From positions 174,622 through 238,621 of the forward strand of contig JACRDP010000010.1 of assembly GCA_016212855.1 (NCBI GenBank): a stretch of DNA of 64,000 nucleotides, written 5' to 3'. This DNA is from Elusimicrobiota bacterium. GTDB taxonomy: Bacteria > Elusimicrobiota > Elusimicrobia > UBA1565 > UBA9628. Position 1 is the stretch's first letter, and each line of letters opens with the position of its first letter. Under the pieces are notes generated by a model. That model saw nothing but the letters and a program-made list of their open reading frames with translations. It searched no databases and was not told where the DNA came from. The translations under genes and the position numbers were made by a program. Positions 50,585 to 58,185 of this stretch are shown piece by piece.

Positions 50585-50613
50585 AGGATAGCCCCGACCC
50601 TAGACCGTGTCAA
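50585..50613 (-). promoter_or_regulatory. Near-consensus promoter TTGACA-N17-TATCCT, 8 nt upstream of the protease ATG (leaderless-type)
   Basis: The minus strand reads cATTGACAcggtctagggtcggggcTATCCTgtcgggagATG. No SD. Confidence 0.6.
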
Positions 50614-50661
50614 TGCCGTACATATTAAGAGGAAGAGGGTGAAAAAGGGTGATTTTCTCGG

Positions 50662-50694
50662 TAAAAAAAGACGCCGGGCGCAAGCGCCCGGCGC
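50662..50694 (-). terminator. Rho-independent terminator after the LuxR-type regulator
   Basis: On the minus strand: CGCCGGGCG-cttg-CGCCCGGCG followed by TCTTTTTTTA. Confidence 0.8.
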
Positions 50695-50701
50695 AAAAGT
50701 G

Positions 50702-50718
50702 TTAAGGAAATTCCTTAA
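50702..50718. promoter_or_regulatory. Perfect 8-1-8 palindrome TTAAGGAAaTTCCTTAA
   Basis: AT-rich palindrome in a GC-rich genome, 13 nt downstream of the regulator stop and about 125 nt upstream of the protease start. Confidence 0.35.
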
Positions 50719-50730
50719 ACTTTTAGCCTT

Positions 50731-51414
50731 TCAGTCGGCTTTTTCGGCGGAAATCAGCCCCATATCGATGCCCTTGACCACCGCTTCGGTGCGGTTGGAG
50801 ACGCTGAGCTTCTGGAACATGCTGTTGAGATGATTTTTGATCGTCTTGACGCTGCAGGTGAGCGACGAAGCGATCTCTTTGTTGGACTGCCCTTGTCCGA
50901 GGTTCGACAGAACCTTGATTTCGGTCTTGGTCAGCGCGACCAAGGAGGCCTCGGAGCTGGCCGAGCCCATCTGGCGCAGGCCGTCGATGAGCTTGCTCAT
51001 GACCGGCTGGGGAATCATCACGCCTTGATTGGCGAACGTTTTGAGCGCGTTGACGAGCTCGGCGGCGGGAAGCATCTTGGACAGGTAACCGTTGGCGCCG
51101 GCCTGGATGGCCTCCATCACGTGCGCCTCGTCTTCGTAGGAAGAAAGGATCAACACGTTGGTGGTCGGGCAGTCCTTGTGAATCTGCCTCGTGGCTTCGA
51201 TGCCGTCCATGTGGGGCAGTTTGATGTCGAGCAGGATCACGTTGGGCTTGAGCTTCTTGACGAGGCGCAGCGCCTCGCGCCCGTCGGCGGCCTCGGCGAT
51301 CACGGTAATGTTCTTCTCGTTCTCGAGAAGATCCTTGATGCCTTCGCGGAACAAGGTCTGATCGTCGGCGATGATGACGGAGATCTTTTTAGCGGGAGAA
51401 TTCTTCTTGGCCAT
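50731..51414 (-). CDS. NarL/FixJ (LuxR-type HTH) response regulator
   Basis: 227 aa. VIIADDQ, VILLDIKLPHMDG, LSKM, C-terminal LTKTEIKVLSNLGQGQSNKEIASSLTCSVKTIKNHL. Confidence 0.9.
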   Translation of the reverse strand: MAKKNSPAKKISVIIADDQTLFREGIKDLLENEKNITVIAEAADGREALRLVKKLKPNVILLDIKLPHMDGIEATRQIHKDCPTTNVLILSSYEDEAHVMEAIQAGANGYLSKMLPAAELVNALKTFANQGVMIPQPVMSKLIDGLRQMGSASSEASLVALTKTEIKVLSNLGQGQSNKEIASSLTCSVKTIKNHLNSMFQKLSVSNRTEAVVKGIDMGLISAEKAD

Positions 51415-51443
51415 GAATCAATACTACACAATTTAGCGTCGCG

Positions 51444-51473
51444 TTGTCGCGAACGTGCGCGTTGTGATACAAT
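51444..51473 (+). promoter_or_regulatory. Promoter for tRNA-Met: TTGTCG-N18-(TGa)TACAAT
   Basis: -10 at 51468-51473 with TG at 51465-51466, 11 nt before the tRNA 5' end. Confidence 0.5.
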
Positions 51474-51484
51474 GTCGGCCTTCC

Positions 51485-51556
51485 GGCGCCGTAGCTCAGT
51501 GGTAGAGCGGGCGTTTCATAAGCGCCATGTCGGAAGTTCGATCCTTCCCGGCGCCA
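51485..51556 (+). tRNA. tRNA with CAT anticodon (elongator Met, or Ile2 if lysidine-modified)
   Basis: Hand-folded. Acceptor GGCGCCG/CGGCGCC, D arm GCTC-AGTGGTA-GAGC, anticodon loop TTCATAA, T arm GGAAG-TTCGATC-CTTCC. The G1-C72 pair and the absence of a 3x G-C run in the anticodon stem argue against an initiator. Confidence 0.8.
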
Positions 51557-51578
51557 AGATTTGGAAGATGGTGAAGAC

Positions 51579-51610
51579 GCCCGGACATTGATCTAGGTCA
51601 ATGTCCGGGC
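51579..51610 (+). terminator. 13-bp perfect hairpin after tRNA-Met (terminator-like)
   Basis: GCCCGGACATTGA-tctagg-TCAATGTCCGGGC followed by tcgtcctatctgttt (weak T tract). Confidence 0.45.
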
Positions 51611-51665
51611 TCGTCCTATCTGTTTAAATCCGTTTGCTTCTTATAGAGAACTAAAGGAGATTACA

Positions 51666-51848
51666 ATGGCCGAAGCCCTCGTCGTCGCCAGCAAGGTGAA
51701 GAAGATCGTCAAGGAAGCGGGTCTGCGCACCGGCGGCGACTACCTCGACGCCCTCTCCGGCAAGATCGAAGCGACGGTCAAGTCCTCGATCCAGAAGGTC
51801 CAGGCCGAAGGAAAGAAGAAGACGCTCGGCGCCGAAGACCTCGCTTAA
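51666..51848 (+). CDS. Bacterial histone-fold protein (singlet histone, Bd0055/HBb-like)
   Basis: 60 aa, MAEALVVASKVKKIVKEAGLRTGGDYLDALSGKIEATVKSSIQKVQAEGKKKTLGAEDLA. Aligns without gaps to archaeal HMfB ([58 protein letters not shown]). Strong SD AGGAG 6 nt upstream. Confidence 0.75.
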   Translation: MAEALVVASKVKKIVKEAGLRTGGDYLDALSGKIEATVKSSIQKVQAEGKKKTLGAEDLA

Positions 51849-51859
51849 GGATCCGGCGA

Positions 51860-52849
51860 ATGCGCTCGTTCAGGGACTTCATGGAGTCCGCGCTCTACGA
51901 TCCTGAACGCGGCTATTATTCCCTGCGCGATAAATCCGCGGACTTCTACACCGCGCCCGAGCTTCACGCCGCGTTCGGCTCCGTCCTGGCCGACCGGCTC
52001 GCGGTCCTGCTCGAGAAGATTCGGCCGGAAGGTCCGCTGTCGCTCGTCGAAGCGGGCTGCGGGGACGGGACCCTGGCCTGTCAGGTTGCCCGCCGCCTCC
52101 GCGAAAAATACCCTGGCCTCGCGGCCCGGATTTCTTTCATTCTGGTGGAACGCGGGCGAAAGGACCTGACGACGGCCGCGCGCCGCCTCAACGCCTTCGG
52201 CGTCAAGGTGACGGCCTACACCGAGATCGCGAAGATTCCGCAGTTCTCCGGCGTCCTGTACTCCAACGAACTGCTCGACGCGCTCCCGGTGCACCTCCTC
52301 GAGTCACGGGGCGGGGAGATCAAGGAAGTGTTCGTCGACGAGAGCGGGCGGGAAATTCTCGCCCCGCTGTCCCGCCCCGAGCTTGCGGGTCCCGCCGCCG
52401 CGCTCACGAGCCTGTCCGACGGCGAGCGGCACGCGGTCTCGCTCGAAGCCCGCGCTTGGATCGCCTCCGCCGCATCTAAAGTGAAGGAAGGCTTCATCGT
52501 CTCGATCGACTACGGCAAGCGCTTCGCCGCGGGGACGCCGAATCCTCCGCGCGCGTTCCATCGCCACGCGATCGAGACCGAGCTGACGCGCGAGCCCGGC
52601 GCCCAGGACCTGACCGCCTCCGTGGACTTCGAGGCGGTGATCGCCGCGGGCGCCGATGCGAAGCTGGAACTCGTGTCCTTCAATACCCTCTCCAAGTTCA
52701 TGATCGACGGCGGCCTGCTCGCCTGGCTCGAGGCCGCGGCCGGCGACGATAGCGCGGCCTACCGCGAACGCGCCAAGCTCAAGACTTTGATCCACCCCGA
52801 GGGAATGGGCGAGGTCTTCAAGGTCCTTATACAGAGGAAAGAGAAATGA
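51860..52849 (+). CDS. SAM-dependent methyltransferase of the MidA/NDUFAF7 (DUF185, COG1565) family
   Basis: 329 aa. FRDFMESALYDPERGYYS, DFYTAPELHAAFG, LVEAGCGDGTLA, SNELLDALPVH, IDYG. ATGA overlap with nuoA. Confidence 0.75.
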   Translation: MRSFRDFMESALYDPERGYYSLRDKSADFYTAPELHAAFGSVLADRLAVLLEKIRPEGPLSLVEAGCGDGTLACQVARRLREKYPGLAARISFILVERGRKDLTTAARRLNAFGVKVTAYTEIAKIPQFSGVLYSNELLDALPVHLLESRGGEIKEVFVDESGREILAPLSRPELAGPAAALTSLSDGERHAVSLEARAWIASAASKVKEGFIVSIDYGKRFAAGTPNPPRAFHRHAIETELTREPGAQDLTASVDFEAVIAAGADAKLELVSFNTLSKFMIDGGLLAWLEAAAGDDSAAYRERAKLKTLIHPEGMGEVFKVLIQRKEK

Positions 52850-53202
52850 TGAGCGCCTACGCCGTGGTCTACGCCTTCGTCATCGTCGCGGTGGCCTTCG
52901 CCGCGGTCACCCTCGGCGCGGCCAAGGTCCTGCGCGCGAGCGTGCCCTACGCGCGCAAGGAAAGCACCTACGAGTGCGGCATTCCCGCGACCGGTTCGAC
53001 CGAGGTGAAGCTCAATATCCGCTTTCACGTTTTCGCCCTGCTGTTCGTGCTCTTCGACGTCGAAGTCCTGTACGTCTACCCTTGGGCGGTGACCGCGCGT
53101 GAGCTCGGTCCGATCGCCTTAATTGAAATGGGCATTTTCATCGCGATCCTGCTCCTGGGCCTGGCGTTCGCCTGGCGCAAGGGCGCGCTGAGCTGGGAGT
53201 AA
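52846..53202 (+). CDS. nuoA: NADH-quinone oxidoreductase subunit A
   Basis: 118 aa. YECGI...[12 protein letters not shown]. Confidence 0.9.
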   Translation: MMSAYAVVYAFVIVAVAFAAVTLGAAKVLRASVPYARKESTYECGIPATGSTEVKLNIRFHVFALLFVLFDVEVLYVYPWAVTARELGPIALIEMGIFIAILLLGLAFAWRKGALSWE

Positions 53203-53206
53203 AACG

Positions 53207-53755
53207 ATGGGAATGATTCTCGAGAAGCTGCCGGGATTGACGAAGGGGCTCCCCGGAGGGGAGCTGCTCCTGACGACTTCGGACTACTTCATCGACCTGG
53301 GCCGCCGCCAGTCGATGTGGCCGATGACCTTCGGCCTCGCCTGCTGCGCCATCGAGATGATGGCCTCCTACGCCTCGCGTCTCGACTTCGACCGCATGGG
53401 CGTCATTCCGCGCGCCAGCCCGCGCCAGGCCGACGTGATGATCGTCGCCGGCACCGTCTGCAAGAAGATGGCCGAGCCGATCCTCGAGATCTACCACCAG
53501 ATGCCCGAGCCCCGCTTCGTGATCTCGATGGGCTCCTGCGCCAACTGCGGCGGCCCTTACTACGACTCCTACTCCGTGGTGAAGGGTGTCGACCGCATCG
53601 TGCCCGTCGACGTGTATATCGCGGGCTGCCCGCCTCGCCCCGAAGCCCTGCAGTACGCCGTCGTCAAGCTGCAGGAAAAGATCGCCAAGATGTCGCTCAA
53701 GAAAGGCCTCGCGACCTCCCAGCAGGAAAAGGGAAGCCGGGACATCAACGCTTAA
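53207..53755 (+). CDS. nuoB: NADH-quinone oxidoreductase subunit B
   Basis: 182 aa. [30 protein letters not shown] (N2 cluster ligands). Confidence 0.92.
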   Translation: MGMILEKLPGLTKGLPGGELLLTTSDYFIDLGRRQSMWPMTFGLACCAIEMMASYASRLDFDRMGVIPRASPRQADVMIVAGTVCKKMAEPILEIYHQMPEPRFVISMGSCANCGGPYYDSYSVVKGVDRIVPVDVYIAGCPPRPEALQYAVVKLQEKIAKMSLKKGLATSQQEKGSRDINA

Positions 53756-53759
53756 CAAC

Positions 53760-54326
53760 ATGACCCAAGACGAACTGTTCGCCAAACTGCAGGCCAAGTT
53801 TCCGAAGCTCGAGAAGGCCGCTTTACCGGTCAAGGACTATCTCACGGTCCGCCTCGCCTCGAAGGGCGGACTCGTTCCGCTCGCTTCTTTCCTTAAGGAC
53901 TCCGGCTTCGACATCCTCGACATGCTCACCGCGACCGACCTGCTCGGCCCGGTCGACATGAAGGGCTTCATCCGCCAGCAGAACTTCAACCCTTTCCTGC
54001 CCGACGGCGCCACGCCCGAAATCGAGTCCGCGGCCACGCCGGGTTATCCCTACAAGCCCGCGATGGACCTGCTCTGGTCCTGGATCTCCGTCGAGCACAA
54101 GTTGCGCGTCATCGTCCGCCTCGAGCAGCCGCGCGAAGCCACGTCGGTGCCGAGCCTCACGCCTCTGTTCAAGAGCGCGGACTGGCAGGAGCGCGAGACC
54201 TTCGACCTGCTCGGCATCAAGTTCGAGGGGCATCCGAACCTGACCAAGATCCTGACGCCCGATTTCACCGTCGGCCATCCCCTGCGCAAAGACTACGTGC
54301 ACGTTAAGGACCGCTACGATGAGTAA
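53760..54326 (+). CDS. nuoC: NADH-quinone oxidoreductase subunit C
   Basis: Trimmed from ORF 53586..54326 to ATG 53760. 188 aa. [22 protein letters not shown]. Confidence 0.85.
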   Translation: MTQDELFAKLQAKFPKLEKAALPVKDYLTVRLASKGGLVPLASFLKDSGFDILDMLTATDLLGPVDMKGFIRQQNFNPFLPDGATPEIESAATPGYPYKPAMDLLWSWISVEHKLRVIVRLEQPREATSVPSLTPLFKSADWQERETFDLLGIKFEGHPNLTKILTPDFTVGHPLRKDYVHVKDRYDE

Positions 54327-55464
54327 CGCGCTGATGCAGACGCACGACGCCTCGACGATGGCGGGGCTCAAGACCGACCAGCTCTTCATCAACCTCGGCC
54401 CCCAGCACCCGTCCACGCACGGCGTGCTGCGCATCGGCCTCACGATCGAGGGCGAGGTGATCGTCAAGGCCGTCCCCGACATCGGCTACCTGCATCGCGG
54501 CACCGAGAAGCTCTCCGAGGTCCGCAACTACCACCACTGCGTCGTGCTCACCGACCGCTGGGACTACGTCTCCGCGATGCCGAACAATCTCGTGTTCTGC
54601 CTGGCCGCCGAGAAGCTCGCCGGAGTCAAGACGACTCCGCGCGCCGACGCGCTGCGCGTGATCATGTGCGAGATGAACCGCATCGCCTCGCACCTTTTGT
54701 TCTTCGGGACGTACGGCATCGACCTCGGCGCCTACACGCCCTTCCTGTACGCCTTCCGCGAGCGTGAGATGGTCCTCGACCTCTTCGAGATGCTGTGCGG
54801 GGCGCGCCTGACCTACAACTATATCCGGTTAGGGGGCGTCATGGTCGACGCGAGCCCCGAGTGGCTCAAACGCACGTCGGAGTTCCTCGAGTACTTCAAG
54901 CCGCGCCTCGACGAGTACGACACGCTCCTGACCTACAATCCCATCTTCATGGCCCGCACCAAGGGCATCGGCATCGTGAGCGCGGCCGAGGCCAAGGACT
55001 GGGCGCTGTCCGGCCCGAACCTGCGCGGCTCCGGCGTGAACTACGACGTACGCAAGTTCGCGCCGTACTCCGGCTACGAGAACTACGACTTCGAAGTTCC
55101 TCTCGGCAAGGACGGCTCCTGCTGGGACCGCTACTTCTGCCGCGTCTCCGAGATGCGCCAGTCCGTGCGCATCGTGTCGCAGGCGATCGCGAAGCTTCCC
55201 GAGGGCCCGTTCCAGGCCTCCGGCTTCGCGAAAGTCCCCAAGCCCATCGCCGGCGAGTCGTACGCCAACGTCGAGGCCTCGCGCGGCGACCTCGGCATCT
55301 ATCTCGCCTCCGACGGCGGAATCTCGCCCTACCGCATGCACGTGCACGCCCCGTCCTTCATCAATCTCGCGATGCTCCAGGACAAGCTCGTCGGCATGAA
55401 GGTCTCCGACGTGATCGCGTTGCTCGGCTCCATCGACATCGTCCTCGGCGAGGTGGATCGCTAA
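54319..55464 (+). CDS. nuoD: NADH-quinone oxidoreductase subunit D
   Basis: 381 aa. [30 protein letters not shown]-terminus. Confidence 0.92.
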   Translation: MSNALMQTHDASTMAGLKTDQLFINLGPQHPSTHGVLRIGLTIEGEVIVKAVPDIGYLHRGTEKLSEVRNYHHCVVLTDRWDYVSAMPNNLVFCLAAEKLAGVKTTPRADALRVIMCEMNRIASHLLFFGTYGIDLGAYTPFLYAFREREMVLDLFEMLCGARLTYNYIRLGGVMVDASPEWLKRTSEFLEYFKPRLDEYDTLLTYNPIFMARTKGIGIVSAAEAKDWALSGPNLRGSGVNYDVRKFAPYSGYENYDFEVPLGKDGSCWDRYFCRVSEMRQSVRIVSQAIAKLPEGPFQASGFAKVPKPIAGESYANVEASRGDLGIYLASDGGISPYRMHVHAPSFINLAMLQDKLVGMKVSDVIALLGSIDIVLGEVDR

Positions 55465-55465
55465 C

Positions 55466-56851
55466 ATGAGCGACAAGCCCGAAGATAAGAAGCCGGAGCC
55501 CGCCAAGACTGCGCCCGTTCCCGCTGCAGCGCCTGCCGCCGCCGCTCCTGCCGCCCCTAAGCCGGCGGCTCCGAAGTACGTCCCGCCCGAGCCGGTGTTG
55601 AACCGCAAGAACGGCCGCCTCATCGAGGACCGCTTCACGACCTGGCCCACCCAGGTCTTCATCAACCGCTGGTCGCGCAGCGGCTACCAGGCCGGCGCGG
55701 CGATGCTCACGGGCATATTGCTCGGCCTCGCCGTCACCGGCGGGGTCGTCGGCGAACTCGCCAAGTGGGCGGATAAGTTTTACGCCCTGCTGACCGCCGT
55801 GGCCGCCGCTAAAGGCCTCCCCGTGCTGGCCGTGGAAATCGCCTGGGTGGCGATCAAGGTCCTCATCGTCCTGCACATCGTCCTCATCAACGGCCTGTGG
55901 TCCATTTGGTGGGAGCGCAAGATCTCGGCTCACATCCAGTCCCGCGTCGGCCCGACGTACGCCGGCAGCCCGTCGGGCTGGAACTTCCATGGCTGGGCGC
56001 AGACGGCGATCGACGGCATCAAGCTGCTTCTTAAGGAAGACGTCACGCCCGCCGCCGCCGACAAGTGGGTTCACGCGCTGGCCCCGGGCCTCGTGGTGGC
56101 GCCCTGCATCATCGCCTTCGCGCCGGTGCTCTTCGGCGACAACATGGCCGCCGCGAGCCTCGACATCGGCACTTTGTATATCTTCGCCTTCGCCGGCATC
56201 TCGGTAATCGGCATCGTGATGGCGGGCTGGGCCTCGGGAAACAAGTACTCGCTCCTCGGCGGCCTGCGCGGCGCCGCGCAGATCGTCAGCTACGAGCTGC
56301 CCCGCGGCTTCTCCGTGGTGCCCGTGCTGATGTTCGCCGGCTCGCTCGATCTGCAGGTGATCTCCAACGCTCAGGCCGGTTATTGGCATGGGATACCGCG
56401 CTGGTTCGTGTTCTACCCCGTCGTCGGCCAGCTCGCCTTCGTGATCTTCCTGATCGCCTCGGTGGCCGAGACCAACCGCACGCCCTTCGATATCCCCGAG
56501 GCGGAGTCCGAGCTCGTCAGCGGCTTCCACACCGAGTACTCGGGCATGAAGTGGTCCATTTTCTTCCTGGCCGAATACGCTTACGTGCTCCTCGGCTCCT
56601 TCCTTCTCGCGACCTTCTTCCTGGGCGGGGGAGCTTCTCCGATCAACTCCGTCCCGTTCACCTTGGTTCCGAGCTGGATGTGGATGCTCGCCAAGGCGAT
56701 GCTCATGATGTTCGTGTTCCTATGGATCCGCTGGACGCTCCCGCGCTTCCGCGTCGACCAGCTCATGGACTTCACCTGGAAGTTCCTGCTCCCGTGGAGC
56801 TTCGTGAACATCGCGATCGCCGGGCTCTATCTCGCGTTTTGGCTGAAATGA
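55466..56851 (+). CDS. nuoH: NADH-quinone oxidoreductase subunit H with ~110-aa N-terminal extension
   Basis: 461 aa. Canonical WERKISAHIQSRVGP appears only at about aa 150. Preceded by a Pro/Ala/Lys-rich segment and an extra hydrophobic helix. Confidence 0.85.
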   Translation: MSDKPEDKKPEPAKTAPVPAAAPAAAAPAAPKPAAPKYVPPEPVLNRKNGRLIEDRFTTWPTQVFINRWSRSGYQAGAAMLTGILLGLAVTGGVVGELAKWADKFYALLTAVAAAKGLPVLAVEIAWVAIKVLIVLHIVLINGLWSIWWERKISAHIQSRVGPTYAGSPSGWNFHGWAQTAIDGIKLLLKEDVTPAAADKWVHALAPGLVVAPCIIAFAPVLFGDNMAAASLDIGTLYIFAFAGISVIGIVMAGWASGNKYSLLGGLRGAAQIVSYELPRGFSVVPVLMFAGSLDLQVISNAQAGYWHGIPRWFVFYPVVGQLAFVIFLIASVAETNRTPFDIPEAESELVSGFHTEYSGMKWSIFFLAEYAYVLLGSFLLATFFLGGGASPINSVPFTLVPSWMWMLAKAMLMMFVFLWIRWTLPRFRVDQLMDFTWKFLLPWSFVNIAIAGLYLAFWLK

Positions 56852-56858
56852 GGACCCG

Positions 56859-57371
56859 ATGATCAAATACTTCGCCAACGTTTTCAACAACTCGCGAGCG
56901 ATCGTGCAGGGCCACTGGATCACGCTCAAGTACATGTTCAAGCCGGCCGTGACGATCCACTACCCCGATGAGAAGCTGGTGCCCTTCGAGAAATTTAGGG
57001 GGGCGCTCCTATTTGATCAGCAGGTCTGCATCTCCTGCAACCTTTGCGTGAAGGCCTGCCCGTCCAACTGCATCCAGCTCGAGAACGCGAAGAACGAGAC
57101 CGGCAAGAAGATCGCCAAGGTCGAGTGGTACTCCATCGACTTCGGCAAGTGCAATTTCTGCCGCCTGTGCGAGGAGGCCTGCCCCACCAAGCCCAAGTCC
57201 GTGTGGCACTCCCTCGACTACGAGGTGATCTTCGTCAAGCGCGACGAGATGGTGCGCTGCTGGAAGAAGGATTTCCCGTTCGTCGGCAAGTACTTCGACC
57301 GCAAGACCCAGGACTTCATGGACGCCGAGGGCCAGGTCAGCATTCACGACGTGCAGCCCAGGAGATCCTAA
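56859..57371 (+). CDS. nuoI: NADH-quinone oxidoreductase subunit I (2x[4Fe-4S])
   Basis: 170 aa. CISCNLCVKACP and CNFCRLCEEACP. Confidence 0.9.
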   Translation: MIKYFANVFNNSRAIVQGHWITLKYMFKPAVTIHYPDEKLVPFEKFRGALLFDQQVCISCNLCVKACPSNCIQLENAKNETGKKIAKVEWYSIDFGKCNFCRLCEEACPTKPKSVWHSLDYEVIFVKRDEMVRCWKKDFPFVGKYFDRKTQDFMDAEGQVSIHDVQPRRS

Positions 57372-57372
57372 G

Positions 57373-57867
57373 GTGCTTGATCAGATCGTCTTCTACTCGC
57401 TGTCCGTCCTCGTCCTGCTTTCGGCCCTCGGAGTCGTCCTGCAGCGCAACGCCGTGCACTCCTCGTTGTTCCTGGGGCTCTCTCTCGCCGGCGTCGCGGG
57501 GCTGTTCGCCTCGCTCGGCGCGGATTTCCTGTTCGGCGCGCAGATCATGGTCTACGTCAGCGGCATCGCGGTACTCGTGATGTTCGTCGTCATGTTGCTC
57601 GGCCGCGCGTCGGATCTGCACCTGCGCCAGGTCAACGACCGCTGGATGGCGGCCCTGCTGGTCTGCGCCGTCGCTTCGGTCGGCCTGCTCAAGATCGCGC
57701 GCCTCTCCTCGGCGACCGTCGCGACCGTCGCGGCCCGCCCCGGCACGCACGACATCGGCCGCCTGTTCCTGGGCCAGTGGCTGGTGCCCTTCGAGCTGAT
57801 CTCGCTGGTGCTGCTCGCCGCCTTGCTCGGCGCCGTCTTCTTCACCCGCACGGAGAACGCTTCATGA
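57373..57867 (+). CDS. nuoJ: NADH-quinone oxidoreductase subunit J
   Basis: 164 aa. GTG start. Hydrophobic, position and pattern (YVSGIAVLVMFVVML) typical. Confidence 0.85.
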   Translation: MLDQIVFYSLSVLVLLSALGVVLQRNAVHSSLFLGLSLAGVAGLFASLGADFLFGAQIMVYVSGIAVLVMFVVMLLGRASDLHLRQVNDRWMAALLVCAVASVGLLKIARLSSATVATVAARPGTHDIGRLFLGQWLVPFELISLVLLAALLGAVFFTRTENAS

Positions 57868-58181
57868 ACGCGCCCCTCACGCTCGCCCACTACATGACGG
57901 TCGCCGGGCTTCTCTTCCTCATCGGCGTCTTCGGCGCGCTTACACGCCGCAACATCATCGGCATCCTGATGTCGATCGAGCTCATGTTCAACGCCGCCAA
58001 CATCAACCTCGCCGCCTTCGACCGCTTTCTGCACCCCGAGGGCGTGACCGGCCAGGCGCTGGCGCTGTTCGTCATGACCGTCGCGGCCGCCGAGATCGTC
58101 GTCGGCCTCGCCTTGCTGCTCGCGATTTACCGCGGCACGGACACCGTGTACGCCGAAGACTTCAACCTCCTCAGGGGCTGA
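57864..58181 (+). CDS. nuoK: NADH-quinone oxidoreductase subunit K
   Basis: Trimmed to ATG 57864 (ATGA overlap with nuoJ). 105 aa. SIELMFNAANINLAAF, AAAEIVVGLALLLAIYR. Confidence 0.9.
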   Translation: MNAPLTLAHYMTVAGLLFLIGVFGALTRRNIIGILMSIELMFNAANINLAAFDRFLHPEGVTGQALALFVMTVAAAEIVVGLALLLAIYRGTDTVYAEDFNLLRG

Positions 58182-58185
58182 TGAC

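Noticed and set aside
50639-50833. 64-aa ORF on the plus strand in the regulator/protease intergenic region.
   Set aside because: It spans the terminator and the palindrome and then runs antisense into the LuxR-type gene. The composition is not protein-like beyond a Lys/Arg run.
51485-51556. The CAT-anticodon tRNA considered as an initiator tRNA-fMet.
   Set aside because: Positions 1-72 form a G-C pair (bacterial initiators have a C-A mismatch), and the anticodon stem lacks the three consecutive G-C pairs next to the loop.
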